DNA of 43,199 nt, from positions 1 through 43,199 of the forward strand of contig JAABSQ010000151.1 of NCBI GenBank assembly GCA_011390315.1. Direction: 5' to 3'. How positions within the stretch are numbered: the first letter of the stretch is position 1; every line of letters starts with the position of its first letter. Shown piece by piece: positions 33,350 through 42,167 of this stretch. The notes under the pieces were generated by a model. That model did not search any database, was not told the origin of the DNA, and saw only the letters and a list, made by a program, of their open reading frames with translations. This DNA comes from Desulfobacteraceae bacterium. GTDB lineage: Bacteria; Desulfobacterota; Desulfobacteria; Desulfobacterales; Desulfococcaceae. A program made the translations under genes and the position numbers.

Positions 33350-33703
33350 ATGATGGCATCTTTTGGTTTCGGCAAAAAATCCCGTCGAAAGCGAGGCTTC
33401 GACGGCACGGACGACGATCTCACGGCCCGGCTTCGCATGCTCCAGGCCAAAGACGAGACCCAAGAGGTCGAGGCGCTTCAGGAAAAGGTGGATCGGCTGA
33501 CCCTGATCTGCCGGGCCCTCTGGACCCTCGTGCGGGAACACCATGACCTTTCGGAAACCGATCTGGTCAACCGAATGGAGGAAATGAAACGGACGGAAGG
33601 GGCCGAATGCCCAGAATGCGGACGGATCATGAGCCGGCACCACAACCGGTGTCTTTACTGCGGGGCCGAGGGATCGGCCGCCGGCGCCTTTGACCGGTTT
33701 TAG
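33350..33703 (+). CDS. Hypothetical protein with C-terminal zinc ribbon
   Basis: 117 aa. GAGGAG RBS, 4 nt after the Nudix stop. Predicted helical middle. CPECG-x10-CLYCG. Confidence 0.55.
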   Translation: MMASFGFGKKSRRKRGFDGTDDDLTARLRMLQAKDETQEVEALQEKVDRLTLICRALWTLVREHHDLSETDLVNRMEEMKRTEGAECPECGRIMSRHHNRCLYCGAEGSAAGAFDRF

Positions 33704-35919
33704 GTGGCGGGCCGCACTCGAAAGGCGGCGTCCACCTCCATCCGTTTCTGGTAGGTTTCGAAAAGCTTCCACCGGACCACCGGAATGTCCAGCAGCATCT
33801 TTCCGGGGATGTGAAAGATTTCCGCATCGGTGACCACCCGTATGCGATAATCCACCGCCATATCGAAAAGAACGCATTCCTCTCCGAAGAACTGGCCCGG
33901 CCCCAGCATCTCCACCGGTTTGCCGTCGTCGAACCGCTCCAGCTTGCCCGATTTGACCGTAAACACCTCATTATGAAGCCCCTTGGGAAACTCCTTTCCG
34001 GCCTTGTATTTTCGGACCCGCATGGCCTTGGCCAGCCGGTTCTGGGTCAGATAGGAGACCACCTCTCCGAACAGCCAGGTCTGCTGAATGAATTCCCGGT
34101 TGCACTGAAGCCGTTTGATCTCATTGTAAAGGGCGTTGCGTTTCACGAACTCGGCGTAGAGGGTCTTGGGCAGCCGCAGGGCCTTGACGAAGTTGGCGGC
34201 CCGGTAGGTCCCCACCGAGGCCACCCCTTCCAGGGCGGAAATTTCCCCGATCAGGGCCCCGGCGGAAAGGATGTTGTGAATTTCCAGTTCGGAGTGGATC
34301 CGCTCCACGTTTCCGGTCAAAACCAGGTAGATCTCGTCGGCATAGACCCCGTCCTTCAACAGAATCGACTGGGGGTTGAAGGTGATCAGCTCATTGTTGA
34401 GCAGAATACTGAGCTGATGCACCGGGGCCGCCGGAAAATAAGAGCGCAGAAACGCCAGGGCATAGGAATTGAGATAATTGTGAGCGGTGGGGATGAGCAC
34501 ATCCACCATCCCGAAGGGGGCCCCGGAGCCGATCTCCTTCTGGGAGTTGGTCAAATCCCCGGAGGTGTGGGAAAGAATGATCTTATCCGAGGGATCATGG
34601 CGAAAGTCCCGGGCATCCCCGTGAATCAATCCGCCACCGGCATCGATTTTCTTGATGTGGAACTTCCGCAGATAGATCTCCCGCACCTGATCATAATATT
34701 CCCGGGACACCCCGATTTCGTTTTCATCCTCGGTAATGAACCCCTTGAGGACGTCCAGGGAGACGATATCGGCGAAATGGGCGTAAGATCGGTAGCCGTC
34801 TTCCCACAGGGTCCGGAACATCAGCACGCTGGTCTCCACCGGATGGGGGGAAAAGACCGGTTTGACCTCCAGCCCGTCGATCTCGTTCCAGAGATCGAAC
34901 TTCAGGTCATGGACCTCGAAATACTCGAACAGGTTCTTTTCGGAAATGGTCATCAGGGCCGATAGTTTTCGGGCCACCGAGGCCCGGACCAGAGCGGTGG
35001 CGTAGTATTTGATGCGATGGTCCGACCGCATCAGGGTGGTGAATCCGGCGATGTGGTCATCATGGCAGTGGGTGTGAAAGATGCCTTCGATTTCATTCAC
35101 TCCGATGCCTAAAGCGGTGAGGCTGTACAGGACATTGGGTCCCGCGTCGATCAGGTAGATCTTGCCCTGGAACAGAAGAATGCTCGACATACAGGGACGG
35201 TTGACGTTCCATCCGTCCCCTTCCCCCGAATGGATGACCGCAAAATACTCCCGTTTGATGTCGTGATATCCCAGGGGATAGGGGGCGCTGTAGCGTTCAT
35301 TGGGGGAAAGGTTAAGATCCACCGTGACCGTTTCGTTTTGGTAGCGAAACTCGAAAACGTTCAGTCGAAGCCGTCGAATAAAGACCCCGTTGCGGATCTC
35401 CACCGGCCGGTTCTCCACCCGACAGGTTTCCAGAAGCTCCTCCGCCGGGCTGATCTTGCCGAAGGCGAATTTGAGTTTGAGCCGCATCATTTCCCGGGCC
35501 ACCGCCGGAGCAATCCCGGCGTCGATGATCTCCGCCTCGGTCACCAGCCCGTAGTTGCCCCGGTAGATGTACTGAATCTGGGCGTCGACCTGTTCGGGAA
35601 GACCGATGAGCATGGGCTTGGCCCCGGTGTTGTTGGGATGGTTGGGCAGCATCATTCCCTGCCGGTACAGCATTTGAAGGGCCGGAAATTCCGCGAGATT
35701 GGCGAAGCTCCCGTTTTGAACCAGAACATCCGAGAGCAAAATCGCGTTGGGGCCGGTCTCGTAGGAGACGCCCTCCTTTTCCTTGACCACGATCAGCCCT
35801 CGTTTCATCAGATGTTTGACGCTGTCGGCCGGACAGCCGCATTGCACAAAAAGCCCCGCCTCGGGGATTTCAATCAAAAAAAGTCCGTCGGCAACCTGAA
35901 ATTTACCAATCTTCGACAT
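33700..35919 (-). CDS. Metallo-beta-lactamase-fold protein with two C-terminal cyclic-nucleotide-binding domains and an uncharacterised N-terminal domain
   Basis: 739 aa. HTHCHDDH (HxHxDH, nt 35053-35070). cNMP-binding-like blocks around GALIGEISALEG...YRAANF and GQFFGEECVLFD. The first about 225 aa have no motif I recognise. Confidence 0.85.
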   Translation of the reverse strand: MSKIGKFQVADGLFLIEIPEAGLFVQCGCPADSVKHLMKRGLIVVKEKEGVSYETGPNAILLSDVLVQNGSFANLAEFPALQMLYRQGMMLPNHPNNTGAKPMLIGLPEQVDAQIQYIYRGNYGLVTEAEIIDAGIAPAVAREMMRLKLKFAFGKISPAEELLETCRVENRPVEIRNGVFIRRLRLNVFEFRYQNETVTVDLNLSPNERYSAPYPLGYHDIKREYFAVIHSGEGDGWNVNRPCMSSILLFQGKIYLIDAGPNVLYSLTALGIGVNEIEGIFHTHCHDDHIAGFTTLMRSDHRIKYYATALVRASVARKLSALMTISEKNLFEYFEVHDLKFDLWNEIDGLEVKPVFSPHPVETSVLMFRTLWEDGYRSYAHFADIVSLDVLKGFITEDENEIGVSREYYDQVREIYLRKFHIKKIDAGGGLIHGDARDFRHDPSDKIILSHTSGDLTNSQKEIGSGAPFGMVDVLIPTAHNYLNSYALAFLRSYFPAAPVHQLSILLNNELITFNPQSILLKDGVYADEIYLVLTGNVERIHSELEIHNILSAGALIGEISALEGVASVGTYRAANFVKALRLPKTLYAEFVKRNALYNEIKRLQCNREFIQQTWLFGEVVSYLTQNRLAKAMRVRKYKAGKEFPKGLHNEVFTVKSGKLERFDDGKPVEMLGPGQFFGEECVLFDMAVDYRIRVVTDAEIFHIPGKMLLDIPVVRWKLFETYQKRMEVDAAFRVRPAT

Positions 35920-36233
35920 GGTGCTTCACCTAATTTTGACCCGTCCATGTAATGACCGATCCGTGAAAAGGGCGGTGGATACGATGTAATATGACGTTTC
36001 TCAAATTTCAACATATTATTTACCTTTTTTACTTTTTTGCATGGAAACGGCTTGAATTTCAGTGAATCATGACGAATCTTCGACAAAACCGGGGAATCGA
36101 AAGGCGGAATGCGGGGGCGACAGTTCACTCGCTCTTTACATTCTCTGCTCATATTGATATACCCCCGTTCATTTAAACCGGTAGGGCAATATTCACATTT
36201 TACAAACAGACTTTTATCAAGCAGGAGTAGAAC

Positions 36234-36722
36234 ATGGCCCCATGTCCTTGCGGATCGGAACTGGATTACGAAGTGTGCTGCGGCCCCCTGATCGCGGGGG
36301 AGCGAACCGCCGAAACCGCCGAAGCGCTGCTGCGCTCCCGATATACCGCCTATGCCAGACAAAAAGTGGATTACCTCGTCGATACAGTCCATCCTGAAAA
36401 ACGAGAAGCCGACAGTCGAAAATCCGTTGAAAAATGGGCCAAAAACACCCACTGGCGGCGGCTTCAGGTTCTGGAAACCACCGGCGGCGGTCCCGAAGAT
36501 ACGGAAGGAACCGTGGAATTCGTGGCCGACTACATGGAAAAGGGCAAAAACCGAAAACACCATGAAATCGCCGAATTCAAAAAAGAGGACGGGCGGTGGT
36601 ACTTCTTCGACGCCGGAGCTCCGAAAATCGAACAGTTTGTCCGCCGGGGCGCCAAAGTCGGGCGAAACGATCCCTGTCCGTGCGGAAGCGGTAAAAAATA
36701 CAAAAAATGTTGCGCCGGGTAA
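36234..36722 (+). CDS. YchJ family protein with SEC-C metal-binding motifs
   Basis: 162 aa. N-terminal CPCGS...CC and C-terminal [21 protein letters not shown]. Confidence 0.85.
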   Translation: MAPCPCGSELDYEVCCGPLIAGERTAETAEALLRSRYTAYARQKVDYLVDTVHPEKREADSRKSVEKWAKNTHWRRLQVLETTGGGPEDTEGTVEFVADYMEKGKNRKHHEIAEFKKEDGRWYFFDAGAPKIEQFVRRGAKVGRNDPCPCGSGKKYKKCCAG

Positions 36723-36798
36723 CACCGGTTTTCATTCTTCCGGCGCCTTTTTAATAATAAAGAGAGCGCCGAATGTGACCTTCACCATGGAGAAAACA

Positions 36799-37878
36799 AT
36801 GATCATGAAACGAATCGTTCTACTGGCACTGGCGATGGTGCTGGCCTGGCAGCCGGCCGCAGCCGAAGAAAAATCAAATGAGAAAAAAAATATCAAAATC
36901 GGTTTCATCTATGTGTCCCCGGTGGGGGACGCCGGGTGGTCTTACGCCCATAACGAGGCGCGAAAAGCCATCGAGGCCATGGAAGGGGTCGAAACCTCCT
37001 TTGTAGAGTCGGTTCCCGAGGGGCCCGACTCGGAGCGGGTCATGCTCAATATGGCCCGAAAGGATTTTGATCTCATTTTCGCCACCAGCTTCGGCTATAT
37101 GGATCCCATGCTCAAGGTGGCCAAACGGTTTCCCGATACGGTGTTCATGCACTGTTCCGGTTTTAAAACCGCCCCCAACATGGGCAACTATTTCGGCAGA
37201 ATGTATCAGGCCCGGTATCTGTCGGGAATGGTCGCCGGGGCCATGACCCGAACCGATACCCTGGGATATGTGGCCGCCTTCCCCATTCCGGAGGTGATTC
37301 GAGGCATCAATGCCTTTGCCCTGGGGGCCCAATCGGTCAACCCCGAGGCCAAGGTGCGGGTGGTCTGGACCAAAACCTGGTATGATCCGGCCACCGAAAA
37401 AGAGGCCGCCAAAAGCCTTCTGGACGTGGGGGCCGATGTCATCGCCCAGCACCAGGATTCCCCCGGACCCCAGGAAGCGGCCCAGCAGCGGGGGGTCTAT
37501 TCCATCGGGTACAACACCGACATGAGCCAATTCGCTCCCGAAGCCCATCTGGTGGCGCCGGTCTGGAACTGGACCCCCTTTTACAAAGAAATAGTCCGGC
37601 AGGTGAAAGCAGGCAGCTGGGAGAGCAAATCCTATTGGTGGGGCCTGGAAAAAGAAATCGTGGACATCAGCCCCATCAGCGACAAGGTGCCTGCGGATGT
37701 AAGAAAAAAGGTCCTGGACAAAAAAGCGGATATCATCGCCGATACTTTTACCGTCTTTACCGGACCGATCAAGGATCAGCAGGGAAAGGTTCGAATTCCG
37801 GAAGGCAAATCGGCCGCCGATGCCGAACTGCTGGGCATGGACTGGTTTGTCGAAGGCGTGATCGGAACCACCAAATAA
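36799..37878 (+). CDS. BMP family (PnrA/Med-like) ABC transporter substrate-binding protein
   Basis: Track ORF 36352..37878 trimmed to ATG 36799 after a GGAG RBS. Signal peptide MIMKRIVLLALAMVLAWQPAAA. IGFIYVSPVGDAGWSYAHN is typical of basic-membrane-protein nucleoside binders. Confidence 0.85.
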   Translation: MIMKRIVLLALAMVLAWQPAAAEEKSNEKKNIKIGFIYVSPVGDAGWSYAHNEARKAIEAMEGVETSFVESVPEGPDSERVMLNMARKDFDLIFATSFGYMDPMLKVAKRFPDTVFMHCSGFKTAPNMGNYFGRMYQARYLSGMVAGAMTRTDTLGYVAAFPIPEVIRGINAFALGAQSVNPEAKVRVVWTKTWYDPATEKEAAKSLLDVGADVIAQHQDSPGPQEAAQQRGVYSIGYNTDMSQFAPEAHLVAPVWNWTPFYKEIVRQVKAGSWESKSYWWGLEKEIVDISPISDKVPADVRKKVLDKKADIIADTFTVFTGPIKDQQGKVRIPEGKSAADAELLGMDWFVEGVIGTTK

Positions 37879-37882
37879 AGTC

Positions 37883-37910
37883 GCCGGACCCTTCGGGGTC
37901 CGGCTCTTTT
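37883..37910 (+). terminator. Intrinsic terminator directly after the BMP binding-protein gene
   Basis: GCCGGACCC-uucg-GGGUCCGGC (9 bp perfect, UUCG tetraloop) followed by UCUUUU. Confidence 0.75.
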
Positions 37911-37947
37911 CCGAAACTGTTCCCGCCCGAACAGCGGCCGTCAAATA

Positions 37948-39012
37948 ATGGGAAAAATCAGGGTGATGAAAAGACAGGAACCCCTGGGATGGCGTTCCTG
38001 TCTTGTTGTATTGGGGGCCGCGGGGGTATCCCTGGTCCTCAGCGGAATACTCCTGGGCCTTCAGGATAGACCCCCGCTGACCGCCATGGTGATCCTGTTT
38101 CAGGGCGCCTTCGGCTCCGCCTGGGCCATTGAGGATTGCCTGATCAAGGCGGTTCCCATCTATCTGTGCTCATTGGGGGTGGCCGTGGCCTTTCGGCTTC
38201 AGATCTGGAATATCGGGGCCGAAGGCCAGTTCGCATTGGGCGCGGTGGGGGCGACCGCGGCGGCACTCTATTTTCCCGACCTTTCCTGGTTTCTGCTGCT
38301 TCCGGGCATGGCACTGGCCGCATTCCTGGCCGGCGGATTCTGGGGCCTGATTCCGGCCCTGCTCAAAATCCACATGCGGGCCAATGAAATCATCGTCACC
38401 CTGATGATGAACTACATCGCCATTCTGTTTCTCGATTATCTCGTCTACGGCGTCTGGAAAGACCCCGCCAGTTTCGGATTCCCCATGACCCCGACCTTTT
38501 CCGAAAGCGCCATCGTGGGACGGATCGGAGATACCAACCTCAACTGGGGGTTGGCCCTCTGCGCCGTCTGCGGGCTTCTGGTCTGGGTGTTTTTTCGGTA
38601 CACCCTGCTGGGATATGAATTAAAGGCCAGCGGCGAAAATGTGCGGGCGGCCCGGTATGCCCGCCTGCCCTATGAACGGCTGGTCATTCTGGTGATGGTG
38701 CTGAGCGGAGCCCTGGCCGGCTGGGCCGGATTCATCGAAGCCTCGGCCACTCTGAACCGGCTTCAGCCCAGCATCATGGTGGGATACGGCTACACCGCCA
38801 TCGTGGTGGCCTGGCTGGCCCGGCTCAATCCGCTCTATATCGGACTGGCCTCCTTTCTGTTGGCCGGGCTTCGGGTGGGGGTGGAAAACCTGCAACTCGA
38901 ACTTCAGGTGCCCGCCGCCTTCGGCCAGATTATGGAGGGGCTGATCCTTTTGACCGTATTGGCCGGCGGTTTTTTTACCGAATACCGGCTCCGGCTGAGG
39001 CCCCGCCCATGA
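37948..39012 (+). CDS. ABC transporter permease (BMP/nucleoside-type, YufP/NupP-like)
   Basis: 354-aa multi-pass membrane ORF. ATGA-type overlap with the next permease. Confidence 0.85.
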   Translation: MGKIRVMKRQEPLGWRSCLVVLGAAGVSLVLSGILLGLQDRPPLTAMVILFQGAFGSAWAIEDCLIKAVPIYLCSLGVAVAFRLQIWNIGAEGQFALGAVGATAAALYFPDLSWFLLLPGMALAAFLAGGFWGLIPALLKIHMRANEIIVTLMMNYIAILFLDYLVYGVWKDPASFGFPMTPTFSESAIVGRIGDTNLNWGLALCAVCGLLVWVFFRYTLLGYELKASGENVRAARYARLPYERLVILVMVLSGALAGWAGFIEASATLNRLQPSIMVGYGYTAIVVAWLARLNPLYIGLASFLLAGLRVGVENLQLELQVPAAFGQIMEGLILLTVLAGGFFTEYRLRLRPRP

Positions 39013-39929
39013 CCTGGGAGATTCTGATTTCTCTGCTGGCCGCTACAGTGCAGTCGGGGACGCCCATCCTTTACGCCACCCTCGGGGAAATCTTTACGGA
39101 ACGGTCGGGAATTCTCAACCTGGGGGTGGAGGGAATTATGCTGGTGGGCGCCCTGGCCGGATTTCTGGGCGCCAAATTCACCGGAAGCCCGATTCTGGGA
39201 TTTGTTCTGGGCGGGGTTTTCGGGCTGGGTCTGGCCGGATTGCACGGGCTGGTCTGCATCGGGTTCAACGGGAATCAGGTGGTCTCGGGTCTGGCCCTCA
39301 CCATTCTGGGCACCGGGTTGGCCAATTACCTGGGCACCCCGTTCATCGGTCAGAGCGCCCCCGGTTTTTCCCCGATGCCGGCGCCGATCCTCTCCCGTAT
39401 TCCGATTCTGGGGGAAATCTTTTTCCATCATGATCTCCTCATCTATCTCTCCTACCTGATTCCGCCCCTGATGTGGCTCTTTTTTCGATACACCCGATGG
39501 GGTCTGGGGCTTCGGGCCGCCGGGGAGCACCCGGAGGCGGCGGCCGCCGCCGGGCTCAATATTTACCGGTTTCGATGGGCCGGTGTCCTGACCGGCGGAT
39601 TTCTGGCAGGGCTGGGCGGGGCCTATCTTTCCCTGGCCTACACCCATCTCTGGACCTCGGGGCTGACCGCCGGCCGGGGATGGATCGCCGTGGCCCTGGT
39701 GATTTTCGCCTTCTGGCATCCGCTGCGGGCGGTCCTGGGGGCTTATCTTTTCGGCGGGGTGATGGCCTTTCAGTTCCGGCTTCAGGCCCTGGGCGCCGAC
39801 CTGCCCTCCTCCCTCCTGCTGATGCTCCCCTACGGGTTGACCATCATCGTCCTGGTCCTTTCCTCCTGGCGGGGCCGGGGGGATCAGGCCCCGGCCTTTC
39901 TGGGGATCAATGTGGAGCCTTCGGAATAA
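39009..39929 (+). CDS. ABC transporter permease (YufQ/NupQ-like)
   Basis: 306-aa multi-pass membrane ORF. Confidence 0.85.
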   Translation: MTWEILISLLAATVQSGTPILYATLGEIFTERSGILNLGVEGIMLVGALAGFLGAKFTGSPILGFVLGGVFGLGLAGLHGLVCIGFNGNQVVSGLALTILGTGLANYLGTPFIGQSAPGFSPMPAPILSRIPILGEIFFHHDLLIYLSYLIPPLMWLFFRYTRWGLGLRAAGEHPEAAAAAGLNIYRFRWAGVLTGGFLAGLGGAYLSLAYTHLWTSGLTAGRGWIAVALVIFAFWHPLRAVLGAYLFGGVMAFQFRLQALGADLPSSLLLMLPYGLTIIVLVLSSWRGRGDQAPAFLGINVEPSE

Positions 39930-39964
39930 GCCGCCTTTCCTTTTTCAAATCCGGGGTTATCTTT

Positions 39965-39973
39965 TGATAAAAT
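39965..39973 (+). promoter_or_regulatory. Extended -10 promoter candidate (TGaTAAAAT) ahead of gpt
   Basis: TG-n-TAAAAT, 17 nt upstream of the gpt ATG. No good -35. Confidence 0.25.
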
Positions 39974-39989
39974 TTCAAACAGAGGAATC

Positions 39990-40481
39990 ATGAAAACCGA
40001 ACACCGATACGCCAAAACCTTTCCCATCTCCTGGGACCAGCTTCATCGAGACGCCAAGGCCCTGTCCTGGCGACTGATCGGTCGCGAACCGTGGAAGGGG
40101 ATCATCGCCATCACCCGCGGCGGACTGGTGCCGGCCGCCATCATCGCCCGGGAGCTCGACATCCACCTGGTGGACACCGTCTGCATCTCCAGCTACACCT
40201 TCAAGCAGCAGGGAGAGATCAACATCATCAAACCGGTGACCGGATCGGATGAAGGATGGCTGCTCATCGACGATCTGGTGGATACCGGCAAAACCGCAGC
40301 CGTCGTCCGGGAAATGATTCCCAAGGCTCACTTCGCCACCATCTACGCCAAGCCGGAAGGAAAACCCCTGGTGGACACCTTTGTCACCGAAGTCAGCCAG
40401 GACACCTGGATTCTGTTTCCCTGGGATACCGAATCCCAGTTCATTCAACCCATCGCCGGGTTGCAGGGGGCGGGTCGATGA
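39990..40481 (+). CDS. gpt: Xanthine-guanine phosphoribosyltransferase
   Basis: 163 aa. Colinear with my recollection of E. coli Gpt: [66 protein letters not shown]. Confidence 0.9.
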   Translation: MKTEHRYAKTFPISWDQLHRDAKALSWRLIGREPWKGIIAITRGGLVPAAIIARELDIHLVDTVCISSYTFKQQGEINIIKPVTGSDEGWLLIDDLVDTGKTAAVVREMIPKAHFATIYAKPEGKPLVDTFVTEVSQDTWILFPWDTESQFIQPIAGLQGAGR

Positions 40482-41971
40482 ACCTTCCCGCTCCCCCGCT
40501 GGTCCGCTTGGAGGAGATCAGCAAATCTTTCGGCCGGGTTCGGGCCAACAGCGACATCACCCTGGATATTCGGGCCGGAAAAATAAAGGCCCTGCTGGGA
40601 GAAAACGGGGCCGGCAAATCCACCCTCATGTCGATTCTGGCCGGCCGCCTTCAGCCGGACGCCGGAAAAATTCTGGTGGAAGGAGAGGCCACCCGGTTCC
40701 CTTCGGCCCGGGAGGCGATTCAGGCCGGCATCGGCATGGTCTATCAGCACTTCATGCTGGTGGATGCCATGACCGTCACCGAAAACGTCTTTCTGGGTCA
40801 GGAAGGCGGCTTCTGGCTGCGCCCCCGGAAAATGGCCCGACGGGTATCCGAACTGGCCCGGCGATACGGCCTGGACATAGACCCCTTTGCCCGGGTATCC
40901 GAGCTTTCCATGGGGGAGAAGCAGCGGGTGGAGATTTTAAAACTCCTCCTGCGCCAGAGCCGGGTGCTCATCTTCGACGAACCCACGGCGGTGCTCACCC
41001 TCACCGAAACGGAACAGCTGTTTGAGGCCATGAAGCAGATGGCCGGCCAGGGAAAGGCGATCGTCTTCATCAGCCACAAGCTGCCGGAGGTGATGTCGGT
41101 GGCCGACGATATCGCCATCCTTCGAAACGGCGCCGTGGTGGACACCCTGGAGGCCGGCGCCGTCACCTCCAGGGCCGACCTGGCCCGGCGGATGGTGGGC
41201 CGGGAAGTGGTGCTTCAGGTGGACAAAGGGACTTCCGAGATCGGCCCCCATGTGCTCACCGTTCGAGGGCTGGAAACCGGCGCCCTTCAGGGCATCGATC
41301 TGGAGGTACGGCAGGGCGAAATTCTGGGGGTGGTGGGGGTGGCCGGAAACGGCCAGAAACCGCTGGTGCAGACCATCTGCGGTCTGACCCCGCCGGGCCG
41401 GGGAGAGGTGGAAATCCTCAACCGGCCCTGGAAGGATTTTTTCGCCCGGTATCCGTCCGACGACACCCTGAGCTATATTCCCGAAGAGCGGATCAGTCTG
41501 GCCACCTGCCCCGGACTCAATCTGGTGGACAATTTTCTGCTGACCACCCGCTCCGATTTTTCCCGGGGACCCTGGCTGATGGGGAAACGGGCGCGAGGCC
41601 GTGCCCGGGAACTGATTCGGGATTTCAATGTGCAGCCGTCCAATGTGGATGCCCTGGCCCGGCATCTCTCCGGCGGCAACCTTCAGAAAATGGTGCTGGG
41701 AAGGGAATTCTTCCGAAATCCCAAACTGATCGTGGCCGAACAGCCCACCCAGGGGCTGGATATCGCCGCCACCGAAGAGGTCTGGCGCCATCTTCTGGAA
41801 GCCCGCAAACGGGCCGGCATTCTGCTGGTCACCGGGGACCTGGCCGAAGCACTGGCCCTGTCGGACCGCATCGCCGTCATGTTCGGCGGACGGATCATGG
41901 ATGTCTTCCCAGCCTCGGATACCCGAAAGGTGGACCGGATCGGCCTGATGATGGCCGGCATCACCGCCTGA
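40478..41971 (+). CDS. ABC transporter ATP-binding protein, duplicated ATPase (BMP/sugar type)
   Basis: Track ORF 40256..41971 trimmed to ATG 40478 ([18 protein letters not shown]...). ATGA overlap with the gpt stop. Walker [10 protein letters not shown] and a second domain [15 protein letters not shown]. Confidence 0.9.
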   Translation: MNLPAPPLVRLEEISKSFGRVRANSDITLDIRAGKIKALLGENGAGKSTLMSILAGRLQPDAGKILVEGEATRFPSAREAIQAGIGMVYQHFMLVDAMTVTENVFLGQEGGFWLRPRKMARRVSELARRYGLDIDPFARVSELSMGEKQRVEILKLLLRQSRVLIFDEPTAVLTLTETEQLFEAMKQMAGQGKAIVFISHKLPEVMSVADDIAILRNGAVVDTLEAGAVTSRADLARRMVGREVVLQVDKGTSEIGPHVLTVRGLETGALQGIDLEVRQGEILGVVGVAGNGQKPLVQTICGLTPPGRGEVEILNRPWKDFFARYPSDDTLSYIPEERISLATCPGLNLVDNFLLTTRSDFSRGPWLMGKRARGRARELIRDFNVQPSNVDALARHLSGGNLQKMVLGREFFRNPKLIVAEQPTQGLDIAATEEVWRHLLEARKRAGILLVTGDLAEALALSDRIAVMFGGRIMDVFPASDTRKVDRIGLMMAGITA

Positions 41972-42167
41972 TGTCCTCTCTCCTGCTTTACCGGGCCGCC
42001 TTTTTTCCTAAAACGAGCTGCGGGTTGACACCCCGGAAATTCGAGAATTCTTTTTGACAGCTCACGAGATGTTTCTTAATCTATGGGTGGAAGGCAGTAT
42101 GAAGCGCATGCTTTGAACCCGGCCTCGCCGAAGAGCGAGGCTTCGCCCCTCAGGAGACGGCAATTCC

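Noticed and set aside
36723-36798. Purine riboswitch upstream of the BMP/gpt operon
   Set aside because: Only a simple CGGCGC/GCGCCG hairpin with a 19-nt AT loop. There is no three-way junction or conserved purine-riboswitch core, and the region is too short.
1134-41791. Many long ORFs antisense to the real genes, e.g. 1134-2057(+), 4681-5931(+), 9962-11161(+), 14660-15751(+), 19246-20709(-), 20727-22421(-), 26146-27330(-), 27412-28404(-), 30872-31864(+), 32470-33450(-), 33811-34965(+), 36874-37944(-), 38904-39719(-), 40937-41791(-)
   Set aside because: Their translations are low-complexity Gly/Pro/Arg/His-rich with no recognisable motifs. Each lies exactly opposite a gene with strong family signatures. 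They are the expected shadow frames of GC3-biased coding sequence.
42025-42082. Promoter for the APH-like gene (TTGACA-17-TAATCT at 42054-42082, or TTGACA at 42025-42030)
   Set aside because: The -10 hexamers match consensus at only 3/6 or worse. Too weak to report as a feature.
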